DNA of 64,000 nt, taken from Camelus ferus. Taxonomy: Eukaryota. The translations under genes and the position numbers were made by a program. Every line of letters starts with the position of its first letter. Positions within the stretch are counted from its first letter, which is position 1. The notes beneath the pieces are model-generated. The model was given only the letters and a program-made list of their open reading frames with translations. It ran no database searches and was not told the DNA's origin. The stretch spans positions 119,538,001 to 119,602,000 of the forward strand of contig NC_045697.1 in NCBI RefSeq assembly GCF_009834535.1, given 5' to 3'. This document shows positions 40,801-55,000 of this stretch, piece by piece.

Positions 40801-43800
40801 GTCGGAAAATTACCTCAAATTCTCATGCGTAATAACTCGCTGCTGCTACGAATTACAGCCAAGACCACCGATATACCTGGCAGCCAGGCCTGTGAAAAAC
40901 CTCATGGAAAACAAAATAATGGTGCTACTAGAACCCAGCCGCTGCTGAAATTTGTAGAATGCTCCGCACACTCAGGATAGCAGAACAAATTTTTGTGTGT
41001 CTGATGGTGTATGTAAATACACTACAGGTATGTTTCTGGTGTTACAGCTGTTCCCAGGTTTGGAGATGTCGCCTAATTACCTCCACTTCCAATGGGGAGG
41101 CACTCTATACTTCTTCGTTTTCCAGACCAACTCCCTGCTTTCCTTTGAAGCCAGGCCTAAGGAAACATCTAGAGATGAAAATATTATTGATTCTATGAGA
41201 AACCCCGCTCTGCTGTCTGTTGGAGGTACAACACACACTCAAAATTCCGGAACATGGCTTTGCTTGTTGGAGGTATGGAGACAAACACCACAAGATGCCT
41301 GGGGGCACAGTTACTCTCTGTTTGGGAGAATTCCGCTATTTACCTTTACAGTCAATTTCTGGGCAATCCTGACTACTTGGCTTTCCAGGAGAACCCCCAG
41401 TTTCCAGCGCAGCCCGCCCTGGAAAACACTCAGTGATTATAAGCTAGTGGTTCTATTGGAACCCAGGCACTGCAGACCATTTTAGGAAGCTCTGCACACG
41501 CAGGATAACACAACACTTGTTTTGTGTCTGATTGAGATTCGAAAAACTCCACGCATGTTTCAGGGGGTACAGGTTTTCCTAGGTTGGGGGTGGTCAGATT
41601 ATTCTCATTAATGCCCAAGGGGAGGTAATCGCTCCTGCTTGGATTTCCATCCCATCCCCCAGTTTCCCTTGCAACCCAGCCAGAGAAAGCAGTCAGGAAA
41701 TTTAGCTAAAGTTTCTATTAGAACCCAGGCGCTGCTGACATTTGTAGAAACTTCTCCATACACAGTTTAACAGAACACTTCTTTGTGTGTGTTATTGAGT
41801 AGGAAAACAGAGTTCATGCATTTTTCTGGGGTGCAGGTGTAACCAGGCTGTGAGACGTTGGCTAAGTATCTCCACAGCCCATGGGGAGGCACTCTGTTTT
41901 TCTACGTTTTCCAGCCCTACTCCCAGGTTTCCCTTGCAGCCCGGGTTGGAAAACACCCAGGGATGACAAACTAAATGATTCTATCAGAACCCAGGCGCTG
42001 CTGTCTGTTGGAGGAACCTCCAAACACTCAGGATTAACAAACACATCTTTGCTTTGGAGAATTGTGAAGCCCCACTCCACACACATGTCTGAGGGCACAA
42101 GTTTTTCCCTGTTAGGTAGAAGTACGCTAATTACCTCTAAAGACCATCGTGGGGCAATCGGTTCTACTTGGATTTCCATCCCAACCCCCAGGATTCCCTT
42201 GAAGCCCAGCCTGGGGAAACACACAGGGAAAAGAATCTACTGGTGATATTAGAACACATGCGCTGCTGACAATTGTGGAAAACTACGAACACTCATGATA
42301 ACAGCGCACTTCTTTCTGTGTTTGATGGAGCATTAAAACACACTCCAGGCATTTTTTGGGGATCCAGTTTTTCCCAGGTTGGGAGATGTCGGCTAGATTC
42401 CTTCACTGCCCATGGGGATGCATTGACTTCTTCTTCGTTTTCAAGCCCAACTCCCAACTTTCACTTGCATCCCGGTCTAGGATTATACCCAGGGATGACA
42501 GTCTAAGTGATTTTATCAGAGCTACGATGCTGCTGTCTTTTTTAGGAACCCACAGACACTTAGGATTCTGGATCACGTCTATGCTAGGGGGTAGCTTTGG
42601 AGACCCACACCACAGAGATGGCTGGGGGCACAGATTTTTCCCTGTTAGGGAGATGTCCGCTAATTACCTCCACAGTCCATCTCGGGTCACTCGCTGCTAC
42701 ATGGCTTTCCAGCACAAGCGCAGCATTCCCTCGCAGGCCGGCCTGGGAAAACAATCAGGGATAATAAGCCAGTGGTTCTATTGGAACCCAGGTGCTGCAG
42801 AACATTGTAGGATACTCCACACACCCAGGAAAACAGAACACTTCTTTGTGTGTCTCATGAAGTTTCGTAAAAAAACTCCACGCGTGTATCAGGGGTTAAG
42901 GTGTTGCTAGATAGTGGGAGTTCGGATAATTCCCACCAATGCCCATGGGGAGGCACTCGCTCCTGCTTGGCTTTCCAGCCCAAACCCCAGGTTTCCCTCT
43001 CAGCCCGGCCTGGGAAAACACTCAGGGATTATATGCTATTGGTTGTATTGGAACCCAGTAGCTACCTACCGTTGTAGGCTCCTTCCCACATGTGGGATAA
43101 CAGAAGAAATCTTTGTGTGTCTGATGGAGATGGGTAAACAAACTCCACGCATATTTCAGGGGGCACAGGTGTTCCAAGGCTGTGGGACGTCGGAAAATTA
43201 CCTCAAAATCTCATGGGGAGTATCTCACTGCTGCTACGAAATACAGCCAAACCCACAGCTTTACCTCGCAGCTAGGCGTGTGTAAACACTCACGGAATAG
43301 GAAATACTGGTGCTATTAGAACCCAGGCGCTGCTGATATTTGTAGAATCCTCCCCACACTCAGGATAGCTGAACACATCTTTGTGTGTGTGATGGTGTAG
43401 AAAAATTCACTCCAGGCATATTTCTGGTGTTACAGCTGTTCCCAGGTTTGGAGATGTCGCCTAATTACCTCCACTGCCAATGGGGAGGCAATCTATACTT
43501 CTTCGTTTTCCAGACAAACTCCCAAATGTCCCTTGCAGCCCGGCCTAAGAAAACACCTAGTTATGACAATATTAGTGATTCTATGAGAAACCCATCACTG
43601 CTGCCTCTTGGAGGTACAACACAAACTAAAAATTCGGGAACATGGCTTTGCTTGGTGGAGGTGTGGAGACCAACACCACAAGATTCCTGGGGGCACATTT
43701 CTCTCTCTCTGGGAGAAGTCCGCTAATTACCTCTACAGTCAATCTCTGGGCACTCGTTGCTACTTGGCTTTCAAGCCAAACCCCAAGCTTTCCCTCGCAG

Positions 43801-46800
43801 CCCGCACAGGAAAACACTCAGAGATAATAAGTTAATGGTTCTATTGGAACGCAAGCACTGCAGACCGTTGTAGGAATCTCCGCACACGTAGGATAACAGA
43901 AAAATTTTTTTGTGTCTCATTGAGATTGTAAACGCTCCACGCATGTTTCAGGGTGTACTGGTGTTCCTAGGTTGTGGGAGGTCATATACATCCAACTACA
44001 GCCCATGGGGAAGTACTCGCACCTGCTTGGCTTTCCAGCCCATCCCCCAGTTTCCTTGGCAACCCAGCCTGAGGAAACTATCAGGAAATGTAGCTAAAGT
44101 TTCTATCAGAACCCAGGTGCTGCAGTCTGCTGTAGGAACTTCAACACACACAGGATTCCCAAACATGGCTTTGCTTGGAAAAGTTTTGAAGCCCGAATCC
44201 ACAAACATGAATGGGGGCACAAGTTTTTCCCTGTTAGGGAGAAGTCCGCTAATTAGCTCTAAAGTCTTTCTCTGGCCCCTGCTGCTACTTGGAATTCCAG
44301 CCCAACCCCCATGTTTCCCTTGCAGCCCGGCCTGTGTTAACACAGAGGGAAAAGAAGCTATTGGTTCTATTTGAACCCATGCCCTGCTGACAATTGTGGA
44401 AAACTTCGAACACTCAGGATAACAGAAGATACCTTTCTGTGTGTGACGGAGTAGGAAAACACAATCCAGGAATGTTTCTGGGGGTACAGCTTTTCCCAGG
44501 TTGGGAGATTTCGCCTAATTTCCTCCGCTTCCAATGGGGAGGCACTCTATACTTCTTCGCTTTCCAGACCAACTCCCAGCTTTCCTTTGAAGCCCGGCCT
44601 AAGGAAACACCTAGTTATGACAATATTAGCGATTCTATCAGAACCCCCTCTCTGCTGACTGTTGGAAGTACAACACACACTCAAAATTCCGGAATATGGC
44701 TTTGCTTTGTAGAGGTATGGAGACCAACACCACAATATGCCTGGGGGCACACTTTCTCTCTGTCTGGGAGAAGCCCGCTAATTACCTCTACAGTCAATAT
44801 CTGGGCAATCCTGGCTAATTGGGTTTCCAACCGAATCTCCAGTTTCCCTCGCAGCCCACCCTGGGACACACTCAGATATTATAAGCTAGTGGTTCTATTG
44901 GAACCAAGGCACTGCAGACCGCTTTAGGAAGCTCCGCACACGCAGGATAACAGAACAATTTTTTTGTGTCTCATTGAGATGGTAAAAATTCCACGCATGT
45001 TTCAGGGGGTACAGGTATTCCTAGGTTGGGGGAGGTCAGATTATTCCCATTAATGACCATGGGGAAATAATCGCTCCTGCTTGGATATCCATCCCATCCC
45101 TCAGTTTCCCTTGCAACCCAGTCAGAGAAAACAGTCAGGAAATATAGCTAAAGTTTCTATTAGAACCCAGGCGCTGCTGACAGTTGTAGAAACCTCCCCA
45201 TACACAGGGAAACAGAACACATTTTTGTGTGTGAGATGGAGTAGGAATACACAGTACATGCATGTATCTGGGGTGCAGGTTTAACCAGTTTGGGAGACGT
45301 TGGCTAAGTATCTCCACAGCCCATGGGGAGGCACTCAGTTTTCTTCGATTTCCAGCCCTACTCCCAGCTTTCCATGCAGGCCTGGTTAGGAAATCACCCT
45401 GGGATTACAAACTAAATCATTCTATCAGAACCAGCGTGCTGCTGTATCTGTTGAGGAACCTCCAAACACTCAGGATTCCGGAACACGGAATTGCTTTGTG
45501 CGAATTGTGAAGCCCCACAGCACACTCATTCCTGGGGTCCCAAGATTTTCCCTTTTAGGGCCAAGTCCGCTAATTACCTCCATAGTCCATCTCGGGGCAC
45601 TCGCTGCTACTTGGATTCCCAGCCCAACCCCCATGTTTCCCTGGCAGCCCGGCCTGTGTTAACACAGAACGAAAAAAAGCTTTTGGTGTTATTCGAACCC
45701 ATGCCCTGCTGATAATTGTGGAAAACTTCGAACACTCAAGATAACAGAACATATCTTTCTGTGTGTGATGTAGTAGGAAAACACACTCCAGGCATTTTTA
45801 TGGGGATCCAGGTTTTCCCAGGTTGGGGGAGGTCCGCTAGATTCCTTCAGTGCCCATGGGGTGGCACTGTCTTCTTCTTCGTTTTCAAGCCCAACTCCCA
45901 GCTTTCCCTTGCAGCCCGGACAAGTGAAACACCCATGGAAGACAAATAAGTGATTCTATCAGAACCCATGCGTTGCTGTCTGTTGGAGGATCCTCCAAAG
46001 CTTCAGGATTCTGGAACACGTCTTTGAGTGTGGGGAGTTGTGGAACCCCAATCCACGCAGATGGATGGGGTCACAGATTTGTCCCTGTTAGGGAGAAGTC
46101 CGCTAATTACCTCCAAAGTGCATCTTGGGCACTCGATTTTTCTTAGATTTTCAGTCTATCCCCCAGTTTTCACTCGCAGCCCGGCGTTATAAAACACTCA
46201 TGATAATAAGCTATGTTTCTATTTTAACCCAGGTGCTGCAGACAATTGTAGGAACTTCCCCACACTCAGAATAACAGAACAATAGTTTGAGTGTCTGATT
46301 TAGATGGGTAAACTAAATCCACGCATGTTTCAGGTTGTATAGGAGTTCCTAGGTTGTGGGAATTCGGATATTTACATCCACTGTCCATGGGGAGTCCCTT
46401 GCAGTTGCTTGGATTCCAGCCCAACCCCCAGCGTACCCTCGCATCCCGGCCTGTGTAAACACTCAGGGAAATAAAGCTACAGTTTGTATAAGAACTAAGG
46501 CACTCCTGACAGTTGTAGAAACCTCCCTACACTAAGGAAAACAGAACACAGCTTTGTGTGTGTGATGGAGTAGGAAAACACTGTAAGGCATGTCACTGGG
46601 GTGCAGGTGTTCGCAGGATGGGAAATGTTAGCTAATTACCTACACTGACCATGGGGAAGCACTCCATTCTTCTTCGATATCCAGCCCTAATTTTAGCATT
46701 CCCTTGCAGAGCGACCGTGGAAATCACCCAGGGATTACAAACTAAATCATTCTATCAGAACCAGGGCGCTGCTGTAAGTTGGAGGAACCTCCAAACACTC

Positions 46801-46950
46801 AGGATTCCGGAACACGGTTTTACTTGGTGCGAATTTTGAAGCCCCAAAGCACACTCATTGTTGGGGCCTAAGATTTTCCCTTTTAAGTCCACGACCGCTA
46901 AGTACTTCCATAGTCCATCTCGGGGCACTCGCTGCTACTTGGATTTCCAG
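31883..46950. repeat. Second 26-monomer HOR (~6893-bp period): two full copies (31883-38772, 38773-45666) plus a ~1.3-kb partial third
   Basis: The private marker GAACGAAAAAAAGCTTTTGG lies at 31883, 38773 and 45667. ORF pairs are offset by 6893-6894 (34104/40997, 35462/42356, 36020/42914 with identical translation, 37500/44394, 38368/45262). Confidence 0.9.
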
Positions 46951-49079
46951 CCCAAACCCAAGCTTTCCCACGCATCCCGGCCTGGGAAATCACACAGGGA
47001 AAATATTTTATTGGTTATAATTGATCCCAGTCTCTACCTAATTTTGTATGATCTTTCCCACAACTAAGATAAAAGAATAAAAATTTTTGTGTCTGATGGA
47101 GATGGGTAAACAAACTCCAAGCATGTATCAGGGGGCTTAGGTGTTCCAAGGCTGTGGGACGTCGGAAAATTACCTCAAATTCTCATGGGGAGTAACTCGC
47201 TGCTGCTGCGAATTACAGCCAAGCCCACAGATTTACCTCGCAGCCAGGCCTGTGATAACACTCACGGAAAACTTAATTCTGCGGCTTCTAGAATCCAGGC
47301 GCTGCTGAAACTTGTAGAATCCCCCACACACTCAGGATAGCAGAACAAATTTTTGTGTGTGTGATGGTGTAGGAAACTACACTCCAGGCATGTTTCTGGT
47401 GTTACAGCTATTTCCAGGTTTGGAGATGTCGCCTAATTACCTCCACTGCCAATGGGGAGGCACACTATACTTCTTCGCTTTCCAGACCAACTCCCAAATA
47501 TCCCTTGCAGCCCGGCCTAAGAAAACACCTAGGGATGGCAATATTAGCGATTCTATCAGAACCCCCTCTCTGCTGCCAGTTGGAGGTACAACACACACTC
47601 AAAATTCCGGAACATGTCTTTGCCTGGTGGAGGTATGGCGACCAACACCAAAAGATGCCTGGGGGCACAGTTTCTCTCTGTCTGGGAGAAGTCCGCTTAT
47701 TACCTCTACAGTCAATATCTGGGCAATCCTGGTTACTTGGATTTCCAGCCGAACCCCCAGTTTCCCTCGCAGCCCGCCCTGGAAAACACTAAGAGATTAT
47801 AAGCTAGTGGTTCTATTGGAACCCAGGCACTGCAGATCGGTGTAGGAAGCTCTGCACACGCAGGATAAGAGAACACTTTTTTTGTGTCTGATTGTGTTGT
47901 TAAACACTCCACGCATGTTTCAGAGGGTACAGGTTTTCCTAGGTTGGGGGAGGTCAGATTATTCCCATTAATGCCCATGGGGAGGTAATCACTCCTGATT
48001 GGATTTCCATCGCATCCCCGAGTTTCCCTTGCAACCCAGTCAGAGAAAACAGTCAGGAAATTTAGCTAAATTTTCTATTAGAACCCAGAAGCTGCTGAGA
48101 GTTGTAGAAAGTTCCCCATACACAGGGTAACAGAACACTTCTTTTTGTGTGTGATTGAGTAGGATAACACACTCCATGCATGTTTCTGGGGTGCAGTTGT
48201 AACCAGGCTGTGAGACGTTGGCTAAGAATCTCCACAGCTCATGGGGAGGCACTGTGTTTTTCTTCGTTTTCCAGCCCTACTCCAAGTTTTCCCTTGAGCC
48301 CGTATTAGGGAAACACCCAGGGGTGACAAACTAAATGATTCTATCAGAACCCAGGCGCTGCTGTCTGTTGGAGGAACCTCCACACACACAGAATTAACAT
48401 ACACGCCTTTGCTTGGGGGAATTCTGAAGCACCACTACACACATATGGCTGATTGCACAAGTTTCTCCCTGTTAGGTAGAAGTCCGCTAATTACCTCAAC
48501 AGACCATCGTGGGGCACTCACTGCTACTTGGAATTCCATCCCAACCCCCAGGATTCCCTTGCAGCCGGCCTGGGGTAACACACAGGAAAAGAATCTTCAG
48601 GTGCTATTAGAACACATGCGCTGCTGACAATTTTGGAAAACTTCGAACACTCATGATAACAGAGCACATATTTCTGTGTGTGATGGAGAAGTAAAACACT
48701 CCAGGCATTTTTCTGGGGATCCAATTTTTCCCAGGTTGGGAGATGTCGGCTAGATTCCTTCACAGCCTATGTCGATGAATTGACTTCTTCTCCGTTTTCA
48801 AGCTCAACTCCCAAATTTCCCTTGCATCCCGGTCTAGGATTATACCCAGGGATAACAGTCTAAGTGATTTTATCAGAGCTACGATGCTGTTGTATTATTT
48901 AGGAACTTCCAGAATCTTAGGATTCTGTATCACGGCTATGCTTGGGGGTAGCTTTGGAGACCCACACCACAGAGATGGCTGGGGGCACAGGTTATTCCCT
49001 GTTAGGGAGATGTCCGCTAATTACCTCCATAGTCCATCTCAGGGTACTCACTGCTACTTGGATTCCCAGCCCAACCCCC

Positions 49080-52000
49080 ATGTTTCCCTTGCAGCCCGGC
49101 CTGGGGTAACACAGAGGGAAAAGAAGCTATTGGTGCTATTAGATCCCATGCCCTGCTGACAATTTTGGAAACCTTCGAACACTCAGGATAACAGAACATA
49201 ACTTTCTGTGTGTGATGGATTAGGAAAACACACTTCAGGCATTTTTCTGGGGATCCAGGTTTTCCCAGGTTGGGAAATGTCGGCTAGATTCCTTCAGTGC
49301 CCATGGGTTGGCAGTGTCTTCTTCTTAGTTTTCAAGCCCAACTCCCAACTTTCCCTTGCATCCCGGTCTTGGAATATACCCAGGGATGACAGTCTAAGTG
49401 ATTATATCAGAGCTACGATGCTGCTGTCTTTTTTAGGAACTTCCAGAGCCTTAGGATTCTGGACCACCGCTATGCTTGGGGGTAGCTTTGGAGACCCACA
49501 CCACAGAGATGGCTGGGGGCACAGGTTTATCCCTGTTAGGGAGATGTCCGCTAATTACCTCCACAGTTCATCTCAGGTCACTCGCTGCTACATGGCTTTC
49601 CAGCAAAAGCGCAGCATTCCCTCACAGGCTGGCCTGGGAAAACAATCAGGGATAATAAGTAAGTGTTTCTATTGGAACCCAGGTGTTGCACAATATTGTA
49701 GGATACTCCCCACACCCAGGAAAAGAGAACACGTCTTTGTGTGTCTCATGCAGTTTGGTAAACAAACTCCACGATTGTTTCAGGGGGTTAAGGTGTTCCT
49801 AGATAGTGGGAGTTCGGGAAATACCCTCCAAAGACCATGGGGAGGCACTCGCTCCTGCTTGGCTTTCCAGCCCAACCCCCAGCTTTCCCTCTCAGCCCGG
49901 CCTGGGAAAACACTCACGGATAATATGCTATTGTTTGTATTGGTACCCAGTTGCTACCTACAGTTGTAGGCTCCTTCCAACATCTGGGATAACAGAAGAA
50001 ATCTTTGTGTGTCTGATGGAGATGGGTAAATAAACTCCACGCATATTTCAGGGGGCACAGATGTTCCAAGGCTGTGGGACGTCGGAAAATTACATCAAAT
50101 TCTCATGGGGAATATCTCACTGCTGCTACGAATTACAGCCAAACCCACAGCTTTACCTCGCAGCTAGGCGTGTGAAAACACTCACGGAAAAGGAAATATT
50201 TGTGCTATTAGAACCAAGGAGCTGCTGATATTTGTAGAATCCTCCCCACACTCAGGATAGCAGGACACATCTTTGTGTGTGTGATGATGTAGAAAAATAA
50301 ACTACAGGCATATTTCTGGGAGTACAGCTGTTCCCAGGTTTGGAGATGTCGCCTAAATAACTCCACTGCCAATGGGGAGGCAATCTATACTTCTTCGCTT
50401 TGCAGACCATCTCCCAAATTTACCTTACAGACCGGCCTAAAAAACACCTAGTTATGACAGTATTAGTGATTCTATGAGAAAACAGGCTCTGCTGTCTGTT
50501 GGAGGTACAACACAGACTCAAAATTCCGGAGCAAGCATTTGCTTGGGGGAGGTTTGGAGACCAACACCACAAGATGCCTGGGGGCACAGTTTCTCTTTGT
50601 CTGGGAGAAGTCCGCTAATAACCTCTACAGTCTATTTCTGGGCACTCGTTGCTACCTGGCTTTCCAGCCGAACCCCAAGCTTTACCTCGAAGCCCGCCCT
50701 GGAAAACACTCAGAAATAATAAGTTAATGGTTCTATTGGAACACAAGCACTTCAGACCGTTGTAGGAACCTCCGCACACGCAGGATAAGAGAAAAATTTT
50801 TTTGTGTCTCATTGAGATGGTAAAAGCTCCACGCATGTTTCATGGTGTACTGGTGTACCTAGGTTGTGGTATTTCAGATACATCCCACTACAGCCCATGG
50901 GGAAGTACTCACTCCTGCTTGGCTTTCCATCCCATCCCCCAGTTTCTTTGTCAACCCAGCCTGAGAAAACTATCAGGAAATGTAGCTAAATTTTTTATCA
51001 GAACACCGGTGATGCAGTCTGTTGTAGGAACTTTCACACACACAGGAACCCCAAACACGGCTTTGCTTAGAAATTTTTGAAGCCCCAATCCACAAACATG
51101 ATTGTGGGCACAAGTTTTTCCCTGTTAGGGAGAAGTCCGCTAATTAGCTCTATAATCCATCTCCGGTACACGCTGCTACTTGGATTTCCAGCCCAACCCC
51201 CATGTTTCCCTTGCCGCCTGGCCTGGGCTAACACAGAGGGAGAAGAAGCTATTGGTGCTATTCGAACCCATGCCCTGCTGACAATTGTGGAAACCTTCGA
51301 ACACTCAGGATAACAGAACATATCTTTCTGTGTGTGAAGGAGTAGGAAAACAAACTCCAGGCATTTTTCTGGGGATCCAGGTTTTCCCAGGTTGGGAGAT
51401 GTCGGCTAGACAACTTCAGGTCCCATGGTGTGGCACTAACTTCTTCTTCGTTTTCAAGTCCAACTTCCAGATTTCCCTTGAAGCCCGGACAAATGAAACA
51501 CCCATGGATGACCAATAAGTGATTCTATCAGAACCCCGGCATTGCTGTGTGTTGGAGGAACCTCCAAAACTTCAGGATTCTGGAACAAGTCTTTGAGTGT
51601 GGGGAGTTGTGGAACCTCAATCCACGCAGATGGATGGGGTCACAGATTTGTCCCTGTTAGGGAGAAGTCCGCTAATTAACCTCCACAGTGCATCTTGGGA
51701 CACTCGCTTCTTCTTAGATTTTTAGTCTATCCCCAAATTTTCCCTCGCAGCCCGGCCTTTTATTACACTCAGTGATAATAAGCTACGTTTCTATTGGAAC
51801 CCTGGTGCTGCAGACAATTTAGGAACCTCCCCGCACTCAGAATAACAGAACAATTATTTGAGTGTCTGATTTAGATGGGTAAACTAAATCCACGCATCTT
51901 TCAGGTTGTATAGGCGTTCCTAGGTTGTGGGAGGTCGGATATTTACATCCACTGTCCATGGGGAGTCCCTTGCAGTTGCTTGGATTACAGCCCAACCCCC

Positions 52001-55000
52001 AGCGTTCCCTCGCATCCAGGCCTGTGGAAACACTCAGGGATAAAAGCTACAGATTCTGTAACAACTATGGCGCTACTGACAGTTGCAGAAACCTCCCTAC
52101 ACTAAGGAAAGGGAACACATCTTTGTGTGTGTAATGGTGAAGGAAAACACAGTAAACATGGCTCTGGGTTGTAGGTGTTCGCAGGATGGGAAAAGTTCGC
52201 TAATTAACTCCACTGCCCATGGGGAAGCACTCTCTTCTTCTTCGATATCCAGCCCTAATCCTAGCTTTCCCTTGCAGCCCGACCGTGGAAAACACCCAGG
52301 GATGACAACCTAAATCATTCTATCAGAACCAGGGCCCTGCTGTATGTTGGAGGAACCTCCAAACACTCAGGATTCCGGAACACGGATTTGCTTGCTGCGA
52401 GTTGTGAAGCCCCACAGCTCACTCATTGCTGGGGCCCAAGATTTTCCCTTTTACAGCCATGTCCGCGAAATACATCCATAGTCCATCTCGGGGCACTCGC
52501 TGCTACTTGAATTTCAAGCCCAAACCCAAGCTTTCCCTCGCAGCCCGGCCTGCTAAATCATATAGGGAAAGTATGTTATTGGTTTTAATGGAACCCAATC
52601 TCTACTTACCGTTGTAGGAACCTTCCCAATACTAGGGTAAAAGAAGAAACATTTGTGTGTGTGATGGTGAGGTGTAAACAAACTCCAAGCATGTATCAGG
52701 GGTCTTAGGTGTTCCAAGGTTGTGGGAAGTCGGAAAATTACCTCAAATTCTCATCGGGAGTATCTCGCTCCTGCTACGAATTACAGCCAAGCCCAAAGCT
52801 TTACCTCGCAGCCAGGCCTGTGAAAACACTCACGGAAAACAAAATACTGGTGCTTCTAGAACCCAGGCACTGCTGAAATTTGTAGAATCCTCCCCACACT
52901 CAGGATAGCAGAACAAATATTTGTGTGTGTGATGGTGTAGGAAAATACACTCCAGGAATGTTTCTGGGGGTACAGCTTTTCCCAGGATTGGAGATGTCGC
53001 CTAATTACCTCCATTTCAAATGGGGAGGCACTCTATACTTCTTCGCTTACCAGACAAACTCCCAGCTTTCCTTTGCAACCCGGCCTAAGGAAACACCTAG
53101 GGATGACAATATTAGTGATTCTATCGCTCTGCTGCCTGTAGGAGGTACAAAACACACTCAAAATAACGGAACATGGCTTTGTTTGGTGGAGGTGTGGAGA
53201 GAAACACCACAAGATGCCTGGGGGTACAGTTTCTCTCGGACTGGGAGAAGTCCGCTAATTACCTCTACAGTCATTATCTGGGCAATCCTGGCTATTTGGT
53301 TTCCAGCCGAACCCCCAGTTTCCCTCGCAGCCCGCCCTGGAAAACACTCAGAAATTATAAGCTAGTGGTTCTATTGGAACCCAGGCACTGCATACATTTC
53401 TAGGAAGCTCCGCACACGCAGGATAACAAAACACTTTTTTTGTGTCTGATTGAGATGGTAAAACCCCACGAATGTTTCAGGGGGTACATGTTTTCCTAGG
53501 TTGGGGTAATTCCGATTATTCCCATTAATGCCCATGGGGAGGTAATCGCTCCTGCTTGGATTTCCATCCCATCCCCCAGTTTCCCTTGCAAACCAGCCAG
53601 AGAAAACAGTCAGGAAATTTAGCTAAAATTTCTATTAGAACCCAGGTGCTGCTGAAAGATGTAGAAACCTCCCCATACACAGGGAAACAGAACACTTCTT
53701 TGTGTGTGTGATGGAATAGGAAAACCCACTCCATGCATGTTTCTGGGGTGCAGGTGTAACCAGGCTGTTTGTCGTTGGCTAAGTATCTCCAGAGCCCATG
53801 GGGAGGCACTCTGTTTTTCTTCGTTTTCCAGCTCTACTCCCAGCATTCCCTTGAAGCCCGGGTTAGGAAAACACCCAGGGATGACAAACTAACTGATTCT
53901 ATCAGAACCCCAGTGCTGCTGTCAGTTGGAGGTACCTCCACACACACAGGATTAACAAAGTCTTCTTTGCTTGGGGGAATTGTGAAGCCCCACTCCACAC
54001 ACATGGCTGAGGACACAAGTTTTTCCCTGTTTGGTAAAAGTCCGCTAATTACCTCTACAGATCATCATGGGGCACTCGCTGCTACTTGGATTTTCATCCC
54101 AACCCCCAGGATTCACTTGCAGCCCGTCCTGGGGAAACACAAAAGGAAAAGAACCTACTGGTGCTATTAGAACACATGCGCTGCTAACAATTTGGGAAAA
54201 CTTCGAACACTCATGATAACAGAGCACATCTTTCTGTGTGTGATGGTGTAGGAAAACACACTCCAGGCATTTTTCTGGGGATCCAGTTTTGCCCATGTTG
54301 GGAGATGTCGGCTAGATTCCTTCATAGCCCATTGGGATGCATTGACTTCTTCTTCGTTTTCAAGCCCAACTCCCAAATTTCCCTTGCATCCCGGTCTTGG
54401 ATTATACCCAGGGATGACAGTCTAAGTGATTTAATCAGATCTACGATGCTGCTGTCTTTCTAGGAACATCCAGACACTTAGGATTCTGGATCACGGCTGT
54501 GTTTGGGGTAGCTTTGGAGACCCACGGCACAGAGATGGCTGGGGGCACAGGTTTTTCGCTGTTAGGGAGATGTCCGCAAATTACCTCCACAGTCCATCTC
54601 GGGTCACTCGCAGCTACATGGCTTTCCAGCGGAAGCGCAACATTCCCTCGCAGGCTGGCCTGGGAAAACAATCAGAGATAATAAGCCAGTGGTTCTTTTG
54701 GAACCCAGGTGCTGCAGAACATTGTAGGATACTCCCCACACCCAGGAAAACAGAACATGTCTTTGTGTGTCTCATGCAGTTTGGTAAACAAACTCCACGC
54801 ATGTTTCAGGGGGTTAAGTTGTTCCTAGTTAGTGGGAGTTCGGGTAATTCCCTCCAATGCCCATGGGGAGGCACTCGCTTCTGCTTGTCTTTCCAGCCCA
54901 ACCCCCAGCTTTCCCTCTCAGCCCGGCCTGGGAAAACACTCAGGGATAATATGCTATTGGTTGTTTTGGAACCCAGTCGCTACCTAAATTTGTAGGCATC

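Noticed and set aside
49208..49969. Longest ORF (253 aa) and its relative 60861..61574 (237 aa)
   Set aside because: A chance stop-free run over about 3 monomers. Paralogous copies (21904, 26411, 54236, 56358) are broken by stops or frameshifts, and it starts at GTG.
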